From NCBI GenBank assembly GCA_051362555.1, contig CM120649.1, forward strand, positions 3,162,001 to 3,226,000: a stretch of 64,000 bases of DNA, written 5' to 3'. The notes beneath the pieces were generated by a model, which worked only from the letters and a program-made list of their open reading frames with translations, ran no database searches and had not been told where the DNA came from. Both the position numbers and the translations under genes were made by a program. The DNA is from Lingula anatina (lineage: Eukaryota; Animalia; Brachiopoda). This document shows positions 13,186 through 24,453 of the stretch, in pieces; positions within the stretch are counted from its first letter, which is position 1, and each line of letters starts with the position of its first letter.

Positions 13186-13899
13186 ATGGCTGAAGACATG
13201 ATAGACCCTGGTGTGATACACGTTAACAACCTCGGTTCAGCACCGCCACGTGCCGTCGACCCTGACGTGTCAGATATTCCTCTTGTCAGCAGTTTAAACA
13301 GGTCTGTTGATCCCGGGGTGATCGTCATCTCAGAAGAGCTAGATCTCCCCCTCAAGGCAACACCGGATCAGGGGATTGATCCTGGTGTTATTGTGCCAAC
13401 TGCGCATGCTCCACTCAGTGTAGATCCGGGTGTTATTATACCAACTACGCATGCTCCACTCAGTGTCGATCCGGGTGTTATTATACCAACTACGCATGCT
13501 CCAGTCAGTGTCGATCCGGGGGTTATTATACCAACTACGCATGCTCCACTCGGTATAGATCCGGGGGTTATTATACCAACTGCGCATGCCCCACTCAACA
13601 TAGATCCTGGAGTTATTATTCCGATTGCTACAGCAACCTCGTATTCTGCCCCACCGGATTTGGACAGAACAGATTCTGACACTATTATACCAAAGACGAG
13701 CGGCTCTGCACTAACAGCATATCCCGAACCGGCAATTGATCCGGGCGTCATAATTCCAAATATGAATCCGCCGAATGTAGAAGCAAAATCGGATCCGAAC
13801 AAGGAAGACGTAATCATACCAAAACTGCGTACTGCTCCTTTGCGAGCCTCGCCGGATTCAGAGAATATAGACCCCGGTGTTATTAATCCGAATATGTGA
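13186..13899 (+). CDS. Intronless 237-aa low-complexity protein with 10 perfect and 3 degenerate [IV]DPGVI[IV]P motifs; function unknown
   Basis: ACCATGG Kozak context, no upstream ATG for about 580 nt, motif kept despite synonymous codon changes (GAT/GAC, CCT/CCG/CCC, GGT/GGG/GGA/GGC), AATAAA at 14288, 14953 and 14964. Confidence 0.85.
   Translation: MAEDMIDPGVIHVNNLGSAPPRAVDPDVSDIPLVSSLNRSVDPGVIVISEELDLPLKATPDQGIDPGVIVPTAHAPLSVDPGVIIPTTHAPLSVDPGVIIPTTHAPVSVDPGVIIPTTHAPLGIDPGVIIPTAHAPLNIDPGVIIPIATATSYSAPPDLDRTDSDTIIPKTSGSALTAYPEPAIDPGVIIPNMNPPNVEAKSDPNKEDVIIPKLRTAPLRASPDSENIDPGVINPNM
13375..13623 (+). repeat. Coding 45-bp tandem repeat, about 5.5 copies (15-aa unit VDPGVIIPTTHAPLS)
   Basis: Unit GATCCGGGTGTTATTATACCAACTACGCATGCTCCACTCAGTGTC recurs every 45 bp with few substitutions. 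Confidence 0.95.
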
Positions 13900-15041
13900 G
13901 AGACAACTGTGTAAAAGCGACACCGGATGATATCGGACTGATCCGGAGGGAAAAAACTATCGAGACCGTATGAGATTATGAAAAAAGGATAACGCCGGAT
14001 CAGGGCATGGGCCTGGTGGTGGTGGCTGTGTTTAAGTTCCATTCGATTGAACGCACATTCGCCGTGCTGGAAGTTAAAACGTTGAAGCGGTGTTCCATGA
14101 AAAATGACATCACATCAGTATTAAAAGACTAGTACATGTACATGTATTTAGATTTTGTTCTCAGTACTTAGGACACATTTGATCTCGAAGAAGAGCACAA
14201 GTTACGTGATTATATACTCATCGACAGAGTCGAGAAGGGCGATTTAATCTGTGGTCATGATACTGGAACTAACCTATAATGATATTGAATAAAATCAGTG
14301 TGATCGAGCTTTACACAGGCGGTAAAATCTACAAGTAAGGACAATAGTGTCTAAACAGCGTGTTACCGAGGACTGGGACAGAAATGAAGAAATGAAATTA
14401 AGTCGACATTCCTGCGAACTTCGTCAAGAATCAGCATTAATATAAAGAATGTTTTGGTCAGGTATATGACATGAATGTAATCGTTACGAAATGACTCGAA
14501 ACACTCTACGGAGCATTGTTGTACTCAATTATATATGTTACGTTTTTTCTTAAACGGTATATAATAAGAAAAGAGATCATTTTAAAACAATTTAGATATA
14601 GATTTGTAAATATAATACAATGTTAGATTGCAACACTTCCAACTCTAGTCATTTACGATCAAGTATTTATTTCATTTCTCGTGCAGCTTTAGTAGGCCTA
14701 TTTATTACAGTATAATATATGTACACGAAAACGTTTTAGTTTTCAACTTTGATATAAAAAATATATTAGCTTTCCTACAGTAACACAAGTAGCAGCCTTT
14801 TCTAGGTTTATGTCCCTTTTGTGCTGTACTAAAAAAATGTGCGCGTTATGTATTTTGTTAACGTCAAATATCTGTTGCTCTTCAAAAAAATTGTAAATAG
14901 AACAAACTTTAACTTAAAAGCGGTGACGTTCATTTTACCAGAGTTTAATGTAAATAAACGTGAAATAAAACAACAATATAGTTAATGCAGTTTTGCACCG
15001 GTCACTGAACAGATTGTTGCAAAGGTACAGTCCTCATTAAC

Positions 15042-15078
<37 letters not shown>

Positions 15079-16906
15079 CCTGAACTTACAAGAATGACCC
15101 GAGGTTGTAGTGCCCGACTACCTTTTAACCGAACACGTGTGCGTTAATGAGGCCCGGATTTAAAAAAGCTGTTAAAACAAATGCCGGCATTGGTGAAAAA
15201 GTGACCTCGGCACCAATATTACCAGACTGTAACACTTCAATGCAAAATAATTACTTTAAGCTTAGTTATTTGAGGTCATACTCTAAGGAATAAAACAATT
15301 TGGTCCATGTATGGAAGGCAGGGGAGAGAGTACTTGACTGTATCCAAATTTCGTAGTTTCGTAAAAGGGCAAGAGACGTACAGTAGTTACTATTTTTTAT
15401 GCTTTGCGAGGTAGACAGAAGTCGAACACCGGTGAAGATCAGCGGAAGGTGTAAGGAAATTTGACAGTGGAGCACGTGTCTCGATTCTGTAAATAACATG
15501 GTAGGATACTCGCCCCCAAATTGCTTCTGGGTGTGACTACGTTGTGTGCACTAACACATTCGCCCTATCAGTGCCTGGATTAAGATGGTTTGGGGGGGGG
15601 GGGGGTGTAAGAAGGGGAGGGGGAGAGGGTGTTAAAGGGGGATGGGATGTTGGACGGATTGGAGGTGGGGTGTGTTGGAGTTGCTGATGAAGGGTTTGGA
15701 CTTGTACGTAAAATTGAGGATAACAACAAGATGGATGAGCTCTGCGGTTATCGTAATATATATGATATTCTGTCAGTTTTCTTTAATTCTTTTGAGTACA
15801 ACAGTTGACCAAAGATATTTTGTTTTGGCTAAACTTGAAATTGAAGGCCTTTGCACTGAGATGTGCCACGTAAAATGAACACTTGTTGCTCTGGCTTATC
15901 AAAAGATTAAATTCTGATTTTAAAAAAGTTTAAGTTTAACTCTCTCTAACATTTCTTTATATCTTAAGACCTGGCATGGGGACCGCTTGGGGGGGGGGGG
16001 GGTAAGAAGTCGTCAGTAATACAGCGTAGCGTTTGTTTATCAACGAGATAGATCGGGTTACTTCAAACGCTCCACGTCCTATCACAATATCAAGTGTCCT
16101 GCTACCTCCCCTTATCATATGGTTATGCAGCGGCGACACAGAAACGTTGAATAACGAGAGATATATATTCATGATGATACTGATACACACACATGTACAT
16201 AGCGGGCATTCTGTCTTAGAAGAGATGCCCCCCTGTTCATGAACACGTTGTCCTCGCGTTGATGCCATACGTGACACTTAAATTTTGACTTTGACTCCAT
16301 TTAGACTCGCTCTGATGACTAGGATTTACGTGCAAAAATGTAGAAATCTTACAGGAGTACATCTACGACGACTGAGAGCTCGGGAATTAGGAGAGACAGC
16401 TGTTAGGATGGACGTTTTGGGAAAGTTTCGTGAACATGTAGGCGATGTTTCATCTTGAAAAGCGGACCTGTAATCTGCAAGTTACAGCGTTGTCATGACG
16501 ACGGCTGGATGAAAACACAACGATGAGCATTCTCGGCTGATATTAATAATTCAGTTTTTAATTTCGCTGTTTAAATCTTTTTCGTCTGACACCAGCATTA
16601 TGTTGCTTGCTATGGTGTACCTGTACATTTTCCTCAGGGATGTCTGGATAAGACTTTACGTAACCAGAGAAGACAAAAAGAGACTGTCACAGAAATTTCC
16701 CGAGAAGATACAAGGGCAATCCAACTCGGTAATCCGCTTGAGTCAGATTTACATAATCTGTTTAACGTTAAAATTTAGGTAGCGGTTGCAAGAGGTATGC
16801 AATAATTCAATAGTCGTGTAGGGAAGCAGACACCGTAGTATATTAACACCACGGGTTCACGCCATTTGGACTTTTAATAGATCTGGGACCTCCTGGTTCA
16901 TATCAG

Positions 16907-16959
<53 letters not shown>

Positions 16960-17424
16960 CACGCGCTCACATGGGACACGTATGTCGTAGCAAGATCAGC
17001 TTCTTTATCAGCGGATAGTGAAAAGGGGTGTATATATATTAAAGATGAAGTTTGATGTCGTACCACTCAACCAAAGATAACCTACCGCGCTTTTTTTATG
17101 CTGCATTATTTTCAACTCAGCATGAATACGGTATTTAAACATTTTTCTATGTGTTTTAATTCTGTAGCTTAATTTAATTTAAGATGAGCCTGCCTCCTAA
17201 TTGATACAAGACTGCAATACCTCTTTACATATTCACCTTAGGTTAACCCAATATCTAATACATCACACAGTGTGGCACCTAGATGTTCAAGACCCTCTTG
17301 ATTATGCAAATAATATACAGTAGAATTGATGCATTGTGGACGTGTACCATAACACACCTAGGGGGGGGGGGCATAGCGGGCACGTACACCCCCACCCCCG
17401 CCCGTAGTTTTTCAGGTGTTCTCC

Positions 17425-17469
<45 letters not shown>

Positions 17470-18117
17470 AACAACAGTGTAACCAACTGAAAGAGATAAA
17501 AGCCAAGCAATCTCTCATCCGCGTGTCCTACATATTCTATTGAAATCGTCCTCGTCTATTATTGTGCCAGGCAGTTATTGTAATAGCTGTGGCCCCTCCC
17601 TCCTTCGCTTCGAAGCTAAATCTCGGCACCGTCAGTTAATTATACCCGTTATGGGACTTCTTAGAAATTTTGTACGATATGACTTGTGTGCTGATAAGTT
17701 TTTTGACATGTATATATAAGTGTGGGGACGGGAAACATTTAATGAAAGAGTTAGGTAAATGTGAAACGCTCATTTCATCAAAGTTTCAGGATTGGGACTG
17801 AACCCCGTTATTGAGCCTAAGTATTGATAACGATAAGTAATTATTTAATAACGATTTCGCAAAGATACCCTTTTTCATGCTTTCTGTGTATAGCTTTTGG
17901 GTAATCATTAACGGAAATGTGCTCAGAACCATTGTAGATAATATGATGTAGTTTCATTTTGTCTGTGCACCAAAGTGTGACTGAATAATATTAGGATATT
18001 GTTATCATATGCTACGTACACTGTATATTGGCGAGGGCCCCGTTAGGGGGATAGGGGGTGATCACAGTTCACGGGAAATCAAATCATCAATTCACAAATC
18101 TTAAAACTTTATTCAAA

Positions 18118-18156
18118 CTAGGATCCAAAATAAAGGATCTTTATTTTGGATCCTAG
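18118..18156. mobile_element. 39-bp perfect hairpin insertion (18-bp arms, 3-nt loop) flanked by a 7-bp direct repeat ATTCAAA
   Basis: CTAGGATCCAAAATAAAG-GAT-CTTTATTTTGGATCCTAG, with ATTCAAA at 18111-18117 and 18157-18163. Confidence 0.65.
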
Positions 18157-18693
18157 ATTCAAATACCACTGGTCACTTTCGAAAATCCTGAAAATGACGA
18201 TTCCCCGGGCATAATGACTTCGTTTCACGAAGGCTAAAGAGAATAGTAGTCTTCACGGGTCAAGGTGTGCTCCACGGAAAAAAACGAACATATCACGCAT
18301 TTGGATTATAAAGAAAGGCCTTCCCGGGTAATGAAAATACCCAAATGTGCCTCTCATAATTTCAAAACCTAGAAACTGCATTTTTCATGTGTGAGCAACA
18401 TTCCGCTTTCTCGCAACTCATTTAAATGCATATCAGACACTAATTTTGGATTTCTTTTGTTTTGAAAGATTTTTCTATTTCAGTGTTTTCTGTCTGTTGT
18501 TATCCATGAATCAGACAAACGACCTGTCTGTCCTAATACTATAATATCCTGTTTATTATCATTTCATCATTGGACGGAATGCAATCGCGTGTGATTGATC
18601 AGAATTGTATAATTCCCACAGGGCTTTATGCTAAATGTTTTCTTTCTTACTGCTAGTCTCTAATTCCCGCTCACACAGGTTAAAATATAGCTT

Positions 18694-18758
<65 letters not shown>

Positions 18759-19146
18759 CGTCTAACGGTTTTAAGACGAAAGCAGTGATGAAATGGACAC
18801 CACCTCAGCGGAAATTCACCTTAATGAATGAAGTGTGAACTGGGAAGGTGACCTGCTGCTGGACTGACGACTGTCTAGTTACTGCATGTACAGTCGATCG
18901 CTGGCGTCAATAGGAACGCGCCAGGACCAGTTTTGTTGATGCATGTGTGAACCGGTTCCGAGGAAAGGAAATTCCTAGAAATTATCCAGTCAACCCAACT
19001 GTCGATTACCGCTATTAGTCAGACGCTCATTAATGTCGCTCCTCACACGTCAGAGGAAATGAAAGATCCCTAGAGACGCGCTCTCAGTGCATCTTAGTGG
19101 GCTACTTGTGTCAGTCTCTCTCTCTCTCTCTCCCTCTCTCCAAAAA

Positions 19147-19217
<71 letters not shown>

Positions 19218-20752
19218 AATGAATCTTTGACTGTCGTCTGGTAAATGTATCTCAAAACATGGCAATCTACTGCTCTTAAAAGTGACAACCTTCTAGGTAA
19301 AGTATTCGCCCATATGAAATTAGCTACATTAATAAGACCTGAGCTGAGACCAGGACAAACGAGAAAAAATTATTTTACTTTAGTCAAAAGGTTTTTCGAA
19401 GAAAAATAATGGTGGAATTATGTGTTCTTATGAATATACGCTGGCGGAACGAACCAGGACTTAACTTAAGATTTGGGGAGCTTAGGTGAAAATGGGTTTA
19501 TAAAACAGTAGACGAGGAAAATTTTACCGCTATAATATGTGATGGACAGGGATGGAACAATTGCTTGGGCTTATGGCGTTTCGTTTGTTATCAAGTTTTT
19601 AGGGTTACAGGGGGAAGGAATAATGAAAAGACCTGCTATGCCCCCCCCCCCCCCCCCCCGATACACTAATACTGATCAGACAATTGTTTTTACATCAGTC
19701 GTATAAGGAATTTATGTAGGACACTCTCTGAAAGATTCACCCTCACATCTGAGAATTCCGGCAAAACAAACCACTTGCGGTGCAGCCTTTTAATCAAGGA
19801 CTAAATAAAGTCCCAAATGTGAATAGTAGCCACAGGAAATTCCTCCGCGGTTAACCGCATCACCTCCCCACGCCCTCCTTTTTCGTGTCGGAGTGAAAAA
19901 AACATCATTTGTATTCAGTTGTCTGTTTTTGCTCTTCATTAGCTTCCAGCAGTTTGCACTGCGAGTATGAATGTAATCAAAGACCCAGTTTTATATACTG
20001 GGGTGGTTAATTCATCGTAAACTGTATGCCTCTTTGTGCAGGATGCAGGCCTACTAGTAGAAGGAATCGTTAACACGTAGATATATTCGAGAGTAGACAA
20101 GGTGTAAAAAAGAGGATATAGCCAGGAAAAATTGTGGTTGAATATTGATTAAGTTATTCACTGTTCAGGAGATAAGGTAAGGTTATCGCAACTTTTTTTC
20201 AATTAATATACCCATCACATTCATCATGATTCGTCAATTAATGCGTTCTCTGGTTTTCAATCTCTTCATGTTCGTAGTCGGTGAATTACACCTTAATGCT
20301 GTTTCTTTTGGATGAACCAAATGTCTAGAAATTTTCCACAGGCTTGTTGAATGCTTTCAAAGGAAAGACAGGTCTAAATTAATATTTTTCTTGGCATACT
20401 AGTGGATCTCTTAGAGTGAATGTGTTGTGATTTGCAGAAATAAACGTTATTTGCCAAAACTGCTGAATCTAATAGAAAAGTGATGTTTCTGATATTTTAT
20501 GAAGATTAAATATCATACTACAATTAGTTAGCATGGAAATGACATACGAAATAGAATGTATGTTTAGTATCGTGGTAGCGGCAAATGAATAATACATAAT
20601 ATAAAAAGGGACGGAGGTCGGACTTAGTAAACTCATTAGTTGTCGGAAACGTTTATGACAGACATGATGATACATTGTAAACTTATTATTTGAAGATCAA
20701 ATCTTTCTCCCTCCCCTTTTCATATTTCATTTCATTTCTCTTGCGTCTTTTC

Positions 20753-20787
<35 letters not shown>

Positions 20788-21187
20788 ACACACACACACA
20801 CACACACGGACGCAAATACGCACGCACACAAAGAGAGAGAGAGCGAGAGAGCATATACCAGCTTTGCATAAGTAATAAGGCACGTGTATAAATATAATTC
20901 AGTAGTTTCAAACCCGAACCATGTACGGTAAGGTTGTGCTTCTCTCAGATCAGCTCCCTGGACTTCAAAACACACTCAACATACAGTGTACATGATTCAT
21001 TCCATGATAGTAAGTGAACGCAATCCTGTATAGTCAGTTGAAATGTCCCTGAGGCAGTCACGCTGTTGCACTTTTATTGACTCTCTCTACGTTTACAGAC
21101 AGAATACTATTGAACATAAAGTAAAATAAACTTGGAATATAACTTAGTGTTTCTTTGAGGTTAAGGTTTGGGGGCAACCGTTCAAGC

Positions 21188-21199
21188 ATGACGTTACTA
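21188..21199 (+). CDS. Candidate upstream coding end (MTLL) of an alternative plakin first exon
   Basis: ATGACGTTACTA|GTAAGT joins in frame to the acceptor at 21625 (TCT AGA ATG), giving MTLLSRMPSQ. Confidence 0.4.
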
Positions 21200-21630
21200 G
21201 TAAGTTTTTGTAGGCATATATTGAGCTGTTAGTTATTTTTCATTAAATTTTGATCACAGCCCTATTAAAGACTTTGTCACAGTAAAGGTAACTTGTTTCA
21301 AAAGGGTTGCCTTATGTCATTGTTTGAACTTTTTTACTGTCATCTCGTCTAGAGAATTTCCTTTGACATCCAAACAAATCAAACTTGACACTAATGAAAA
21401 GACTTAGTAGATCTGTTCATGGGGATGTAGAACTTCAGAACTTGATCTTATTTGTATTGCGTTATGATGACAGATGTTGCATCAAGGTGAAAGAGGATCG
21501 GAGAAGCTATAATACACCGGGGTCGTTTCCATTGTGGAAATAAACAAACTGGTTACCATGTGACACCTGTGAAAAAGACGGCACCTTTGCTCGCGAACGT
21601 AATTCTTTATTTCTGTATTTTCAGTCTAGA

Positions 21631-22553
21631 ATGCCGAGTCAACGCGGCGTCGACGGGTGTCTTCAATGGATTAAGGATGAGCGGGTGAGTAATTTCAATT
21701 ACTTTTTATGCATAGTGGTACATGTGGGGGGGGGGGGGGGGAGGGGGGGTGGGAGGCCTTATGCTGAAGGAAAAGTTAGGGGCACGTGTCCTCTGTCACC
21801 TCCCTGGGGATCTGATCCACCATTAAGTTAACTTACACAGCATAATCAGCTAGCTTGTGGTCAGCGGGTGGTCAAAAGCAACTGTCAGACATTAAAAAAA
21901 TCTCCTAGATACGCTACTTCCATCTAAACAAGAAAGTTATTAAATAAATCAACACTCTGGAGTCGAGTAAAGTGACATAACCACATCCTGTATTGATGCG
22001 GTGACTTGACACTGACAGATCTTTCATAAAAGAGCTCTGCCTTAAATAGCATATCATTAGAACGCGCGCCTTTAAAGGCACTGCTTAATTCGTGCTTGAG
22101 GTGAACACTGAGGACGCGCGATAAGAAAAAAGCTTACAAAGATAGAATGAAACCACAGGTAAATACAGTACACACAGCGAGGAGAAAAAAAAACTGTTGT
22201 CGTTAAGTACGTTTATCGAGACGGTCGTTATTTCTGAATACGTCTTTTACGCTGGAGGGACACATTTGTGAAGACTGCAGTGTTAAATCACAGACAATTA
22301 TAAGGGCGATTTTTTTGTTTGTGAATATTACAGGTCTCCAGGTAAAATACAATAGTATAGTATTAAGTAATTGTGTATATTGTTTTAGGAGGTCCTGAGC
22401 GATGCTGATATGGGCAGTAATATGACCACTGTCCAACTGGCCATAGAGGACCAAGCCAAGAGAAATACGGCCATCAGACAATACAGGGAGCAGATCGGCA
22501 ATGCTGTGGCGGAGAACGTGAGTTCTTCTTCTTCTTCTTCTTCTTCTTCTTCT

Positions 22554-22595
<42 letters not shown>

Positions 22596-24417
22596 TTCTC
22601 TCTCAAATATCACCTTTTTAGTCCTTAGTCTGGTTGAAACCAGTTTGATTAAAGGCTATCTCACGCTGAGACCACCCAAAAACTCGTTAAGGGTGAGCCA
22701 ATAGAAACAGTGAAATCATTAAGTCAAGCCGCTAGTGCTTCTATCGCTTTCCATCCTCACAACTTTTTTCTCTCATCCCCTTATTGAATGCACAGTGGCG
22801 TATTTATGTCATGATGAAACCACCTAAGAAGGCGGTTTATTATGAGGGATTGTCCCAAAAATCGATGCGTTTTAATAGAGCAACTTATAGCTTTTTTTAA
22901 AATCTCGTTTTAATGCCCTGTGCGACTATTTAGAACGTCCTGTGACTATTCCGATCGTCTTGGGTGTTGTGAAGAAAAATAACATCTATCTATAAACTGC
23001 TTGATTGATTGCATCATTGTGTTGTTTTTCAAGGATGCCACTGAATCTGAATATGCAAAGCTTCATGCACAGTACGTTGCACTGACGGTAAGTAGCATTG
23101 TGGTAGTTGAGATTTGACGCAATTCGATGCTCATCTGTCTCACATGACACAATCCGTTTTGCTTCTAAATACTGTATAATTATTGCGACCATAATTTAAT
23201 AAATGCACCTGAATGAACTTCCTCTCTGGGAGTAACCTTTGACATCATTACATCATGTAGAAATACTTTTTAACATAATCTGGCAACATATTTTTATATA
23301 AATTTGCAGTAAGTCTATAAATAATATTATGCGATACACACGTTAGAGTAGTACTCCTATTGTAAAATTTACCATATACATTTACGTATATATTTTTAGG
23401 CTACCGCAGACAAGAGAACCCACTGTCTAGAAACACTGTCAAAAGTTTCAAGTTTAGAAGAGTATTGTTCGGTAAGTTTATAAATTCACAGAAAATAAAA
23501 GTACCCAGAAAATTTTTGTTATGAATCTTATACAGCATATTTTGGAATAATTTTTTGATACTTGAATAAACGACGTTGGCTTTCTTATTGAATATGTAAA
23601 TAAAAGGACATTAATTTCGCTCTCTCTGAACGTGATTCCCATTTAGTACAAACATTTCTCTCATCAAAAATGTTATCTTTTGCAGAATCTCAGTGCAGAA
23701 TTTGACAGGACTGCCACTCAGCTAGCAAACACAGAAAAACCTAAGCATCTCAATGGGGCACCAGTGGGGGATTCCCTGTCCACGACATATGCGGCTCAGG
23801 TAAGGACAAATAAAGGAGAATTCCCCTTCCACCTCTCCAAAAAAAAAATAAATAATAATAATAAAAAAAAATAAAAAAAAGCACTCAGAGCACTCAAATT
23901 TCGAACTGAACGAGAAAGAACAGTTTTGCTATCATCCCGGGCAGGCCCCGAGTTTCAAAGGACACTGGAAACTCGTCTTAACTGTCAGCATGCTTCTGGC
24001 GTCACTGAAAACTTTTGCTTATATTTTTTTATTACTCCAGGATTGCATATTCGCGGTGCGGAACAACTGGGCGTGGATCCAGACTGTGGCGAAATGCATG
24101 GACACCCACCTGTCAAACGCCGCCGCCTACCACCAGGTGAGGCACATATGCCCAAGAAAACCCCCCACTGAAATAATGCATATTCAACTCAGGATGTTAT
24201 TTATTATCACTATGATTGTTATTATTACCAAATATTGGTGTCGACACATCGGCATCAAATGCAGCTATAGTTGATGGATTGGGGCGTTGTTTCATTTACT
24301 GATATAATAATGAATCACAAATCCTAGAAATGTCATGCTTACGTAGGTGAACATGAGATTCTGCAAAACAATCCATTTTACCACGGAGTAGAAATATACA
24401 ATCCATTGATAATAATG

Positions 24418-24453
<36 letters not shown>

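Noticed and set aside
13375-13623. Regularly spaced repeats resembling a CRISPR array
   Set aside because: Spacers are near-identical, the period is a multiple of 3 inside an ORF, the DNA is eukaryotic and there are no cas genes.
13368-14042. 224-aa antisense ORF (GIITPGS repeats), plus 12921-13355 and 13339-13587
   Set aside because: Shadow frames of the repetitive sense gene. Kozak context, promoter and poly(A) signals all favour the plus strand.
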